64,000 nt of DNA, from contig JACROD010000014.1 of the NCBI GenBank assembly GCA_016214605.1, positions 41,074 to 105,073 on the forward strand, read 5' to 3'. The notes beneath the pieces are model-generated. The model had not been told where the DNA came from, ran no database searches, and saw nothing but the letters and a program-made list of their open reading frames with translations. The stretch is from Candidatus Kaiserbacteria bacterium. GTDB lineage: Bacteria > Patescibacteriota > Minisyncoccia > Phycocordibacterales > UBA2100. Within the stretch, counting starts at the first letter, position 1, and the number at the start of each line of letters is the position of its first letter. A program made the position numbers and the translations under genes. This document shows, piece after piece, positions 19,001 to 28,157 of the stretch.

Positions 19001-19181
19001 ACTCCTCCTTGAGGATTCGGTGACGGGTTATTTTGGTCCCGGTACCGAGGAAGCGGTACGTCAGTTCCAAGCGTCGCGAGGAGTTGTCTCAAACGGTACA
19101 TCGGAAACCACCGGCTATGGGCGTGTGGGGCAACGTACACGCGCGCTTCTGGTGAGTCTGGGACAGATGCAGGTCCAATAG
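16032..19181 (+). CDS. Large secreted pectin-lyase-like beta-helix protein with C-terminal peptidoglycan-binding domain
   Basis: Signal peptide; YDPRDFG; IPAGSY...LYGQG...TLF beta-helix entry; C-terminal TGYFGPGTEEAVRQFQ (PG_binding_1). Confidence 0.7.
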   Translation: MHTYLRAGFFLSIHTRLLQITLLLLIFAGMIPQLASAATLQPGVDCATGAAAPQAEYSLNVSALPLGAYAANTLSPDFTNAAGSVLANSFWTASSTKYAVSANTAQSILASKYCSRDMEVETWMRKGYVFLRLTPEGKAIYFNIDYDNSYLAVGIATSTNETAYYPGATRTLYLNSNLVGTIPGFSKTGTDNQRLTFGVEGFEIYAKFNGVEFMRIKDFHHMAAGRVALKAPANYGLRSTTVRNFADKAILSDLTAGVYDPRDFGFRSIQTTGSISAGSNTLTLAGPTSFAVGDFVIVEIGKEPGAGMRGTKGVGGTWPAKSYPNLTAMQADTSQIDGLYAWREDTGDVYRFASANSSWGSAYTWYTAGTPAWGQDYYSKKYYPAKAVPRALQARITAVSNSGATLTLDKPAVVSVTSASAYLDVAPILNFLVGRDIWYKFGGVAGDLRSFTPLNMKVPIPAGSYAVGGSILTGNERTNNVLYGQGSTTSTLFSPKGVSSASIWFNGSNNMLRDLRLVGNFGDNGFGLNWATSIIPFGYGPSGLEVTYTSTGAVTETVITQGFGFPIGIMMSGGNLTVQDIKVDNVWWAAVGANYCNTCWAYRVDSTVKDPFQTYIQWQFEWGDSTGGGCVDCTVTSPQWIIPGFAMAKSTNVQFIRPKGINAVFDANSVGNFLFQDPETTIKSMSQFSTSSFSAMGWIMNINTNLDNALPVQDRDKRSGPGGKIINPRFIVQGPINSSNNGLGAIVINNWNPNVTIEGGYIEGPNWQSPSTINTPVGVNSQGTSTVINGLRVVGTVNPALGPKGNVALGKNGIIRNCIVDLIFLSGTARKENCKTNAEYGALGISTGAALWPPRTSIILQGSITSSGSTSTVRGFAYGTTTKYMATTTESGLFGPGSFSVTVPNIVCATTYHAAAYAQNAVGMNYGNDITFASDPCTPSAAATSSGQVLGVSITDTSLVDTSCKIDRMLSRGTHGPAVTCLQKTLVAQKLLLEDSVTGYFGPGTEEAVRQFQASRGVVSNGTSETTGYGRVGQRTRALLVSLGQMQVQ

Positions 19182-19200
19182 TGAAGTATCTTACCGACGC

Positions 19201-19231
19201 AAACTGGCGCCTCTACAGGGCGCCAGTTTTT
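19201..19231. terminator. Bidirectional intrinsic terminator
   Basis: AAACTGGCGCC-loop-GGCGCCAGTTTTT between convergent genes. Confidence 0.75.
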
Positions 19232-19236
19232 GCGCA

Positions 19237-20922
19237 TTATATAAACAGCGTGTCGTCATTGAGATCGACCATACGCCCGAGCTCGTCGAGCGAAGTAATC
19301 CCTTGCAATACTTTTACGATGCCGTCTTGCGCCATGCGGCGGATTTGTTGATGCTTGGCGGCGGCCCAGATGTCGCGATCAGAAGCGCCAGAGCGCACGG
19401 TCTCCTCGATCTGTTTGTCCATCAAGATCACCTCGACGACCGAGATGCGGCCCTTGTAGCCCAAGCCGCCACATTTTTCACAGCCTTTCGGGATCCACAT
19501 ATGTGTTTTGTTTTCAGGAAGTTCGTCCGCATGGGGGATATTGCTCAAAATCTTGTCGACGAGCTCTTTATTGGCACCCTCGATCGGCACTTCCTCATGA
19601 CAATATTTGCACAGGCGGCGCACGAGGCGCTGTGCCATCGCCACGGTGAGTGCGGCGCCGAGGATGTCGGGCGATACCCCCATGTCCATGAGGCGGGGGA
19701 AGGTGCCCGCAGCGTCGTTGGTGTGGAGTGTGGAGAAGACAAGGTGGCCGGTGAGTGAGGCATTGACTGCGGTCGACGCCACTTCGGCGTCACGGATCTC
19801 GCCGACCATGATGATGTCGGGGTCTTGGCGGAGGGTCGAGCGCAGACCCTGTGCAAAACTATAATCCTTGGACACTTGCGTCTGCACGATGCCGTTGAGG
19901 TGGTATTCGATCGGGTCTTCAATCGTGACGATCTTGATGCCAGCCTCATTAACCTTACTCAAAAATGCGTAGAGCGTCGTCGTCTTACCAGAGCCGGTTG
20001 GTCCGGTGTTGAGGATCATACCGTTGGGCTTCGCGATCTCATGATCGAAGATAGCCATGAGGTATTTGTCGAAGCCCAGCGCCTCAAGCGGCAGACCGAT
20101 CGTCGTCGGGTCCAAGATACGCATGACGATGGTCTCGGCATAGGCGCCGGGCAGTACCGAGAGGCGGATCTCGATCTCTTTTTCGTTGACCACGATCGAG
20201 AAGCGGCCGTCTTGCGCGGCATTTTTGATGTTGAGCTTGAGTCCCGAGAGGAGCTTGAGGCGGCTCGACACTAGTGCGTAGGTCGCGAAGTCGAACCGAG
20301 CCACGTCCATCAAGACGCCGTCGAGTCGGTAGCGCATGCGCACGTCGTCTTCTTGTGGCTCAAGGTGTACGTCGGACCCGCCGAGTGAGAGTGCGCCGGA
20401 CATAATGATCTCGAGGATGCGCGAGATGCGATGTGTGTCTTTGCTGTCGGAGCTCGTCTTGATCTCTACGCGCACGTCCTCCATTGTCTTGAGTTTTTGG
20501 AGCATTTGCTGGATGGTCTCGGTGGAGAGGGTAAGGACGCCGGCCTCGGTCTCGGTCGCGTAGGAGATGTCGTGATAGCGATCCCATGCGTGCTCAAGCG
20601 ACGCACGCGAAGCGATCAGACGCCGCACCGTGTAGCCGAGGCGCTCGACCTCGGCTATTTGCTGCAGCGAGTCGGTGCGCTCCGGGGCGCGCATGGCGAC
20701 GAAGATGTTTTTGTTGTTCTTTTGGAACGCCGCTATTTCGAGCTCCCGTGCGCGCGCTTCGGGGATGAGACGCAGAGCATCGGCGTTGATCGATTTGTTG
20801 GTGAGGTCGACATACTCGATGCCGTACTTGCCCGCGAGTATTTCGGCGAGCTGTTCTTCTTCGCGGCGGCGAAGCTCATCAAGGCGCTCCTCCTGTTTTT
20901 TTTCGTTAAACTCGGTGACCAT
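19237..20922 (-). CDS. pilB: Type IV pilus assembly ATPase PilB/GspE
   Basis: TGPTGSGKTTTLY, TIEDPIEY, LRQDPD, STLHTN, CxxC pairs. Confidence 0.93.
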   Translation of the reverse strand: MVTEFNEKKQEERLDELRRREEEQLAEILAGKYGIEYVDLTNKSINADALRLIPEARARELEIAAFQKNNKNIFVAMRAPERTDSLQQIAEVERLGYTVRRLIASRASLEHAWDRYHDISYATETEAGVLTLSTETIQQMLQKLKTMEDVRVEIKTSSDSKDTHRISRILEIIMSGALSLGGSDVHLEPQEDDVRMRYRLDGVLMDVARFDFATYALVSSRLKLLSGLKLNIKNAAQDGRFSIVVNEKEIEIRLSVLPGAYAETIVMRILDPTTIGLPLEALGFDKYLMAIFDHEIAKPNGMILNTGPTGSGKTTTLYAFLSKVNEAGIKIVTIEDPIEYHLNGIVQTQVSKDYSFAQGLRSTLRQDPDIIMVGEIRDAEVASTAVNASLTGHLVFSTLHTNDAAGTFPRLMDMGVSPDILGAALTVAMAQRLVRRLCKYCHEEVPIEGANKELVDKILSNIPHADELPENKTHMWIPKGCEKCGGLGYKGRISVVEVILMDKQIEETVRSGASDRDIWAAAKHQQIRRMAQDGIVKVLQGITSLDELGRMVDLNDDTLFI

Positions 20923-21009
20923 GGGTCCTATTGTAACCCATTTCATTCCCCAGTGTGCTATTCTGGATAGGTAATCGGATATTTTTATAATTTGTAAACA
21001 TCATTACCT

Positions 21010-21501
21010 ATGGAGGGCCCACATTTTTTTGGCAAAGGGAAGGGAAGGGTCGCTGACAATATTGCCAAAATAGTGGCGGCGGGAATAACGTTTGGCGCTG
21101 GTGGGGCGGAGGCAAAAAACATACAGCAGTATGCGAGCACCCCATCAACTTTTGAAGAAAACCTTATACGATCTACACAGGAGGAGATGAAACAAAATGA
21201 AGCCGCCGAAATAGAAGCGGTCAAGCTTCTCACTCGGATCTCTCAGAGGGAGGCCTTTGAAAGGGATTCAAATGGGGTTCCGTTACGACAAGGCGAACAT
21301 AATAAACAAGTATATGCTCGGATCAATGGCCAGATCAGAGTATACATTGAAAAATACCCGGCTTACTTGAACCCAACCCCCGCACAAAAACTATTGAATA
21401 CTATCTCTAATATAGATGGGTGGGTGGATGACGATGTACACGCTCACACGATCAATTTTATCAAGTTTATGGTCGTGGCGCATCCTTCTGTGGTCAAATG
21501 A
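21010..21501 (+). CDS. Hypothetical protein
   Basis: 163-aa ORF overlapping the tsaE start (ATGA). Confidence 0.55.
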   Translation: MEGPHFFGKGKGRVADNIAKIVAAGITFGAGGAEAKNIQQYASTPSTFEENLIRSTQEEMKQNEAAEIEAVKLLTRISQREAFERDSNGVPLRQGEHNKQVYARINGQIRVYIEKYPAYLNPTPAQKLLNTISNIDGWVDDDVHAHTINFIKFMVVAHPSVVK

Positions 21502-22004
21502 AAACAAAGATCGCGGGTACGGATGCGATGGAGACCTTTGCGCGCGAATTCATCTCGCAGCTTTCTCCTGTTGCCGGCGGAGCGACGATCATCGCGCTCT
21601 CAGGCGACCTCGGTGCGGGCAAGACTACGCTCGCGCAGGGGATCGCGCGGGCGCTGGGGGTGGAGGAGGCGGTTACGAGTCCTACCTTTGTGCTGGAAAA
21701 GGTGTATGAGCTAGGTAATCCTAGTGCGGAGGCGGGAGCACTTTTTTCCGCTTCCGCCTATCGTTCGGGTCGGGAAAAAGTGCTCCCGCCTCCGCGCCCC
21801 TGGACACACCTCATCCACATCGATGCATACCGACTCGTAAGCGAACACGAGCTCGAAGTGCTCGGCTGGCACGAAATGGCGCAGAATCCCGGCAATCTGA
21901 TCGTGATCGAATGGCCAGAGATGGTCGCGGAACTTATTCCTGTGGATGCAATACGCATTACTTTCTCTGGTTCTGGAGAGGTGCGAGACATTTCCATCAA
22001 TTGA
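21498..22004 (+). CDS. tsaE: tRNA threonylcarbamoyladenosine biosynthesis ATPase TsaE with in-frame insertion
   Basis: LSGDLGAGKTT, VTSPTF, HIDAYRL, VIEW. Confidence 0.95.
   Translation: MKTKIAGTDAMETFAREFISQLSPVAGGATIIALSGDLGAGKTTLAQGIARALGVEEAVTSPTFVLEKVYELGNPSAEAGALFSASAYRSGREKVLPPPRPWTHLIHIDAYRLVSEHELEVLGWHEMAQNPGNLIVIEWPEMVAELIPVDAIRITFSGSGEVRDISIN
21726..21795. repeat. 70-bp palindrome inside tsaE
   Basis: 25-bp arms 21726-21750 and 21771-21795 with one G-T pair. Confidence 0.9.
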
Positions 22005-22056
22005 CCTCTGTGTATGGTGTAGTTTCGTGATGAAAGACAAAAGCGGGAGATAGACC

Positions 22057-22635
22057 ATGTCCAGCACTATAACGTTTCCCGGAAAAAATCCCTTGGAGCA
22101 TGCGGGCGATGTAGACGTTCAGCCATATCCGGGGAAGTTTAGCGCATCAAATACATTTGCAATCGGTTCGATCATCGGGGGGATTCCGGTGGGTAATGTG
22201 AGTAGTGAATTTATGGCGCTGTTTTGTACTATTCCATTTGGAAAGCCGACGAAAAAACCGCTAGATTTTCCGGCGGCATCCATACCATATTGGAATCTCA
22301 CGCGCGCGACGCACGATTCCGACATCTTCCATATATGGATGGGTGGGAAAAATAGAGTGCATCACCTGGTGCGCGTCTTCCAAATCATGAGTCTGGGTAA
22401 AAAAGGTCCCTCGCTCATGAATGGACTTGCTAATATTGCGTTTGCCCCTCCGGTTTTCAGCGTAGAGCCGCGCACGATCTATTGGAGTGTATCCATGGGC
22501 ACATGGCATTTAGAAGCAATCCCTGGATCAGCCAGTAATCTGAGAACTACCAGACTACGATGTCGTCTACCGACCGGAGTACGTATATTTGGCGGTATTT
22601 GTGAAGAGACAGAACACGAACCATTAGCCTTCTGA
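22057..22635 (+). CDS. Hypothetical protein resembling CPR DGR-target (CLec-like) proteins
   Basis: GGGAG RBS; NGLANIAF...IYWSV..GTWHLEA...GVRIFG pattern. Confidence 0.5.
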   Translation: MSSTITFPGKNPLEHAGDVDVQPYPGKFSASNTFAIGSIIGGIPVGNVSSEFMALFCTIPFGKPTKKPLDFPAASIPYWNLTRATHDSDIFHIWMGGKNRVHHLVRVFQIMSLGKKGPSLMNGLANIAFAPPVFSVEPRTIYWSVSMGTWHLEAIPGSASNLRTTRLRCRLPTGVRIFGGICEETEHEPLAF

Positions 22636-22688
22636 TCCCCATGCGGGACCAGAAGGCTTTTTGTTTATTGTAGGAGTATACTGCACAC

Positions 22689-25121
22689 ATGACCAAGAAG
22701 GATAAAAAAGAGGGGGGAGAGCCGCGGCACCGTCTCGTACTCCTCGACACGCACGCGATCATTCATCGGGCGTATCATGCGATACCTGATCTCACGACCT
22801 CCAAGGGCGAGCCGTCGGGCGCGCTTTATGGGCTCGTCTCGATGCTTTTGCGGACAGTCAATGATCTCAAGCCGGATTACATCGTCGCGACGCGCGATCT
22901 GCCGGGCCCGACTCATCGGCACGAAAAGTTTGAAGCCTACAAAGGTACTCGCGCCAAGACCGAAGACGCACTGATCGCGCAGCTCGAGCGTGCGCCGATC
23001 GTGTTTGAGGCTTTTGGTATCCCTATGTATTCCGCCCCAGGTTATGAGGCAGATGATTGTATCGGCACTATAGTAGAGGACCTCAAGGCACATAATCATG
23101 TCGACACGATCATTGCATCGGGTGATATGGATACACTCCAGCTCGTCTCGCCGACGGTCGGCGTGTATACGATGCGCAAAGGGATCACTGATATCAAATT
23201 CTACGACAAAGATGAGGTGAAGGAGCGATATGGATTTGGGCCCGAGCATGTGGTGGATTACAAAGCATTGCGTGGCGACCCATCAGACAATATCCCCGGC
23301 GTCCCCGGTATCGGCGAGAAGACAGCGACCGATCTCATCAAGGCATTCGGCTCGCTCGAAGATATCTACAAAGCGATCGACAAGGACCCTGATCTACTCA
23401 TCAAAAAGGGTATCAAGCCGCGCATCGTACAGATGCTGATCGACGGCAAGGAAAGTGCGTACTTCTCCAAGGACCTGTCGACGATCCATACCGATGCACC
23501 AATCTCGTTCACACTGCCCGAGAAAAAGTGGGAGCTTGCGGATCATCTCGCGGGGATCGAGCGATTATGCGATGAACTCGAGTTTCGTTCGCTCAAGGAT
23601 CGTGTTCGTAAATTACTCAATGCCGACCACGCAGCTGAGGCGGGTGAAGCGGAGGCCGCAGCTCTACCGGATGTCGACAAGACCGCGCTTGCCGAAGTAT
23701 CGGTCGCGCTCTGGGTCTTGAATTCCGACATCGCGAACCCTTCGCTTGCAGACATTTTTGAATTCACGGGCGTGAATGATTTTGATGCGGCGCGCGAAAA
23801 AATATTTGCACTGCTCAAGGAGACTCCGGTGCTCGAAAAGGTATACAGCGAGATCGAAAAGCCGCTCATACCGATCGTGGAGCGGATGCATGTTGACGGG
23901 GTGATGATAGATGTGAAGTATCTCAAATCGCTCGCAAAGGAATACACGACCGGCCTCAAGGAGATCGAGAAGCGTATCTATGCGCACGCGGGACACGAAT
24001 TCAATATCAATTCACCCAAGCAACTCGGCGCCGTGCTCTATGACGAGCTCAATATTGGTGAAGGAGGCAAACAAAAGAAGACCGCAGGAGGTGCGCGCAC
24101 GACGCGCGAAGACGAGCTGGTGAAGCTCTCCGACCAGCATCCGATCATCGCTGATATCTTGGCACACCGCGAGCTCCAAAAACTCCTCTCTACCTATATA
24201 GACAAGATCCCCGACCTCGTCGAAAAGGATGGCCGTTTGCATGCCGAATTCTTGCAGGCGGGATCGGCGACCGGTCGTATGGCGAGCCAAAACCCCAATG
24301 TGCAAAATATCCCCATCAAGACCGAATACGGCCGCCGTATTCGCAGTGCCTTTGTCGCCGCGCCGGGATATGTACTCGCGGCGATCGACTACTCGCAGAT
24401 CGAATTGCGCATCGCGGCAGGGCTCTCGGGCGACGAAAAGCTTCTCAGGGTATTTAAAGAGGGGGGAGATATCCACACTGAGGTCGCGTCTTTTGTGTTT
24501 GGGGTGGAGAAAGATAAGGTAGATCGCGAAATGCGCCGCCGTGCCAAAGTGATCAACTTTGGCATTCTCTATGGTATGGGGGTCAATGCCTTGCGTGCGA
24601 ACCTGGGGCCTTCTGTGACGCGCGCAGAGGCGGCCGAGTACCTCGAAGATTATTTTAAGACCTTTTCCGGCGTCACCGCCTGGATCGAAAAGACCAAGGC
24701 ATTCGTCCACAAACACGGCTATGTCGAGACGCTCTACGGGCGCCGCCGCTATTTTCCCGGCATCAAATCAACCCTGCCCGGCATCGTCGCACAGGCCGAG
24801 CGTGCGGCGGTCAATGCACCGATGCAGGGGTCGCAAGCGGACATCATCAAGCTCGCTATGATTGAAGCCGACGCTATGATAGAGCGCGAGGGCTTGCGTG
24901 ACCGCGTGAAGTTATTGCTCCAGGTACACGACGAACTCATGTACGAAGTGGCCGAGAAAGATGTCGAGACCCTCGTCCCGCGCCTGCGCCAGGTAATGGA
25001 ATCGATCGTAGAGGGCGACATGCTTGCAGGTGTGCCGATCACCGCCGAGGCATCGATAGGGAAGAATTGGGGTGACATGCGAAAACTTGGAGCATCGCAA
25101 GGCCGGAACGCGGCGGCGTGA
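22689..25121 (+). CDS. polA: DNA polymerase I (5'-3' exonuclease + polymerase, proofreading domain reduced)
   Basis: GYEADD, LRGDPSDNIPGV, DYSQIELR, KVINFGILYG, LQVHDEL. Confidence 0.98.
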   Translation: MTKKDKKEGGEPRHRLVLLDTHAIIHRAYHAIPDLTTSKGEPSGALYGLVSMLLRTVNDLKPDYIVATRDLPGPTHRHEKFEAYKGTRAKTEDALIAQLERAPIVFEAFGIPMYSAPGYEADDCIGTIVEDLKAHNHVDTIIASGDMDTLQLVSPTVGVYTMRKGITDIKFYDKDEVKERYGFGPEHVVDYKALRGDPSDNIPGVPGIGEKTATDLIKAFGSLEDIYKAIDKDPDLLIKKGIKPRIVQMLIDGKESAYFSKDLSTIHTDAPISFTLPEKKWELADHLAGIERLCDELEFRSLKDRVRKLLNADHAAEAGEAEAAALPDVDKTALAEVSVALWVLNSDIANPSLADIFEFTGVNDFDAAREKIFALLKETPVLEKVYSEIEKPLIPIVERMHVDGVMIDVKYLKSLAKEYTTGLKEIEKRIYAHAGHEFNINSPKQLGAVLYDELNIGEGGKQKKTAGGARTTREDELVKLSDQHPIIADILAHRELQKLLSTYIDKIPDLVEKDGRLHAEFLQAGSATGRMASQNPNVQNIPIKTEYGRRIRSAFVAAPGYVLAAIDYSQIELRIAAGLSGDEKLLRVFKEGGDIHTEVASFVFGVEKDKVDREMRRRAKVINFGILYGMGVNALRANLGPSVTRAEAAEYLEDYFKTFSGVTAWIEKTKAFVHKHGYVETLYGRRRYFPGIKSTLPGIVAQAERAAVNAPMQGSQADIIKLAMIEADAMIEREGLRDRVKLLLQVHDELMYEVAEKDVETLVPRLRQVMESIVEGDMLAGVPITAEASIGKNWGDMRKLGASQGRNAAA

Positions 25122-25123
25122 GT

Positions 25124-25210
25124 GGGCGTAGGTTTTTTTATAAGCAAAGCGAATTAGAAAACCAAGTGCAAAGCTTCGCGCAATTTTTCAGCAGAAAAAT
25201 ATGCGTGACA
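25124..25210 (+). repeat. Dispersed repeat, inverted copy of part of the tRNA-Lys trailer
   Basis: 25124-25180 is the near-exact reverse complement of 29890-29946. Confidence 0.85.
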
Positions 25211-25244
25211 GATGAGGAAGGTGGGGAGGTAGCGGCACGCCGCC

Positions 25245-26738
25245 GTGATACTATATTTTCTAATGATTGAGATTATTGCGATAGTGATTGCGTATCCATC
25301 AGCCTTGTACACACTTCGATATGTACGGCGGTTTTATACGAATGGCCTAGGGGCTTTTCTCGGAGGCGCAGCTATTTTCTTAATCATCGAGACATCGTTC
25401 ACTTTTGTTCTTGGTTTTTTGTTGCCATTGATATTCAGTTCTCTGTTATCCGGACAGGAAAGTGATGTAATCGGTATCCTTACGGAAGTTTTTCTGCGAA
25501 TATTTGGGACTGCCATAATGACAGTGCCTACCATTCTTGCATTAGCGGTTGGTTATAAACATATGCAGGGTTGGGCAATATCGACCGTTGATGTTTCATC
25601 CGTACGGACACCACTAGACTCAACTCACCGTGTTAGCAATACAATATCGTTACCGATAATAAGTGGAATTATCTTGGTGTTTCTCACCATCTTACCGTGG
25701 TGGACGACTATAACCTTCACCACTGCTCCGTTATTGGCCTCGAGATTTCATCAGCCGCAATGGTGCCTATGGATGCCGGAAGTCGCTTTTGATTCGGGGC
25801 GGTGGCAAAATCTCGCACCCGGGGTAGCCTGTCTCAAGAGGGCTCAAACAGATGAAGAATACTACGCACGTTGCGATTTGATGCCGGAAGCTGTTCGCGA
25901 ACCCATCGCCAATATCGATGATGCAAACAGTCCCTACCAAGATTGCATAATGCACAATGTCCAAGTAACCACACGAAACGCGACATCTTCGATGTTGGGA
26001 GCCGTGTCGAGTGCCGCTGATACATGCGGCCAAATCAAAGACTTGGAACGTAGAGCCACTTGCCTCCTTCCGTACACAAATACTTCCGCCCAGGGCGTCA
26101 TGTGTGCTGCTGTTTTTAATTCACTCGATCAAGGTTTTTTTGATGGTATTGACGCGGTAATAATCGGCCGATGTCTCGACAAACAAACAGTGAACGAGAA
26201 AATGTTTGAAGGTCGTCCGATATGGTTCAACTTCCACGTGGCTTCGGGATACAAACTTGGTAATCACGTTTCCGTCAAGCGAGATGATATATTGCAATGG
26301 CTAAAGTCAATCAATGTAAATCCCAATGCACGAACAGCAACATCGGCGCGCGGTTCGGCAGACAAGAGTGTGGCAGGGCAAACATTTCTTCTGTATTTGC
26401 TTGATGCGGGTTTACAGAGTCAGATATGGCTTTTCGTAACTGCGGATGACATCAAAGCACTTATTTCTTTTGGTGTTGATCCTCGTATCAAAGATATATC
26501 CGGTTGGTCCGCGATGGATTATGCGATCAAGTGGGGCAATATTGATGCGGTAGAGGTACTCTTGCCGTACTTCAAGGGATATGCCCCAAGACAAGAAGCA
26601 GCAGATTTTTTTCTCAAAGAGATTTGTGATTATCAAGCTGACACCGGAAAATGTTTTTCGATTTGGGATACTGAACAAGCGGCTGCCGAACGTGCTCGTG
26701 TTGGTTTTCAAAAACTAGGATTTATCCAATTCAAATAA
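25245..26738 (+). CDS. Multi-TM protein with Cys-rich region and C-terminal ankyrin-like repeat
   Basis: About four TM segments; GVDPRIKDISGWSAMDYAIKWGNIDAVEVLL. Confidence 0.65.
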   Translation: MILYFLMIEIIAIVIAYPSALYTLRYVRRFYTNGLGAFLGGAAIFLIIETSFTFVLGFLLPLIFSSLLSGQESDVIGILTEVFLRIFGTAIMTVPTILALAVGYKHMQGWAISTVDVSSVRTPLDSTHRVSNTISLPIISGIILVFLTILPWWTTITFTTAPLLASRFHQPQWCLWMPEVAFDSGRWQNLAPGVACLKRAQTDEEYYARCDLMPEAVREPIANIDDANSPYQDCIMHNVQVTTRNATSSMLGAVSSAADTCGQIKDLERRATCLLPYTNTSAQGVMCAAVFNSLDQGFFDGIDAVIIGRCLDKQTVNEKMFEGRPIWFNFHVASGYKLGNHVSVKRDDILQWLKSINVNPNARTATSARGSADKSVAGQTFLLYLLDAGLQSQIWLFVTADDIKALISFGVDPRIKDISGWSAMDYAIKWGNIDAVEVLLPYFKGYAPRQEAADFFLKEICDYQADTGKCFSIWDTEQAAAERARVGFQKLGFIQFK

Positions 26739-26775
26739 TGGATTGATCCTAGTCAGGGGTCTATAATGTCCGCAC

Positions 26776-27414
26776 ATGAAGACTTTTGCTTTTATTGATG
26801 CGTCCAATCTCTTTTATGGCGGCAGAAAATCGCTCGGGTGGAGTATTGATTATGAAAAATTACTCGCATACCTGAAGAAAAAATATGAGGTAGAAACTAT
26901 CTATTTTTTCGGCGGCGTAGAGATACATCGGTTTCCATTCGATTACCTTGCGCACGAGACGGTACCTGTACGACAGCTCGAGGAGTATTTGGCAGGGTTG
27001 ATCAAGGAAAAAGGCGATTACATGAGCGATGCGCAGATTATACTTCTGGAGCGGCATTTGCGGCGTGTTCGCTTTTACCGCAAACTCGAACAATTCGGCT
27101 ACATGCTCGTATTGAAACCGGTCAAAACCTACGATGAGGAGGGTAATCCGCGCCGCAAGGCCAACTGCGATGTGGACATGGCATACTGCCTTATGAGGGA
27201 ACTGAACAATTTCAATCGCGCGTTGGTGCTTTCCGGCGACGGCGATTTCTTGCCGGTGTTGAAATTTTTGCGAGCGAACGAGAAAGAGGTGCTGGTGATG
27301 GCGCGCGGGCACCGGACGGCAAAGGAAATCAAAAGATTTGCCGGGGATAGATTCATGGACTTCACACGCTTGCAACATAAACTGCAGCGCGATGAAGAAG
27401 AGGAACTATATTAA
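26776..27414 (+). CDS. NYN domain (LabA/DUF88, PIN-like) protein
   Basis: FIDASNL, KANCDVDM, LSGDGDF. Confidence 0.9.
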   Translation: MKTFAFIDASNLFYGGRKSLGWSIDYEKLLAYLKKKYEVETIYFFGGVEIHRFPFDYLAHETVPVRQLEEYLAGLIKEKGDYMSDAQIILLERHLRRVRFYRKLEQFGYMLVLKPVKTYDEEGNPRRKANCDVDMAYCLMRELNNFNRALVLSGDGDFLPVLKFLRANEKEVLVMARGHRTAKEIKRFAGDRFMDFTRLQHKLQRDEEEELY

Positions 27415-27506
27415 ATTACAGCGGGCGGCACCTGCGAAAGATGCCGCCCAAGTCTGGTACGGTCATAGTAGACGATTAACAAAAAAAGTCAAGCACCATT
27501 ATACAC

Positions 27507-28157
27507 ATGCTCTATCTCTACACAGGTACCGACAGGATGAAGGCGCGTGCGGCGCTGGGTGCTGGGCGCGCCAAGCTCGCCCCTGGCGTGCCGGTTATCC
27601 ACATCACCGATATTCACACCACAGAGGACCTGGATGCCGCGCTTGCCGGGGGAGGGATGTTTGCAGGTGTGCGTGCAGTGGTGCTCGACGAGCTCTTTGA
27701 TCGCGAAGAAATGCGCGAGCGGATAGTAGGGCAGCTCGAGCGTATCGCATCGGCGAGTGATCACTTTTTTATATATGTGGAAAAGCTCGATGCGGCTACG
27801 CGCCGACAGATCGAAAAGCATACGACCAAGTCAGAGCAGTTCGATCTGCCAAAAAAGGCCGATAGATCAAGCTCAATATTTAACCTCGGTAATGCATTGC
27901 GCGCCCGCAACAAAAAAGATCTCTGGGTGAGCTATCAGCGCGAGCTCGCGAATGACGCGGCTCCTGAGGCGATCCATGGCGTGCTCTTTTGGGCGGCAAA
28001 GCAGATGCTCATGTCGGCACGATCTGAAGCGGAGGCAGTGCGCGGCAAGAAACTCATCGCTACACTCGCGGCACTGCCGCACGAGGCGCGACGGCAGGGA
28101 GTGGACCTGGAATATGCACTGGAGCGATTTGTGCTCTCCGGTGACGTGGTATCATGA
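27507..28157 (+). CDS. holA: DNA polymerase III delta subunit-like (short CPR form)
   Basis: MLYLYTGTD, GMF, IFNLGNAL, EAIHGVLFW, LERFVL. Confidence 0.75.
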   Translation: MLYLYTGTDRMKARAALGAGRAKLAPGVPVIHITDIHTTEDLDAALAGGGMFAGVRAVVLDELFDREEMRERIVGQLERIASASDHFFIYVEKLDAATRRQIEKHTTKSEQFDLPKKADRSSSIFNLGNALRARNKKDLWVSYQRELANDAAPEAIHGVLFWAAKQMLMSARSEAEAVRGKKLIATLAALPHEARRQGVDLEYALERFVLSGDVVS

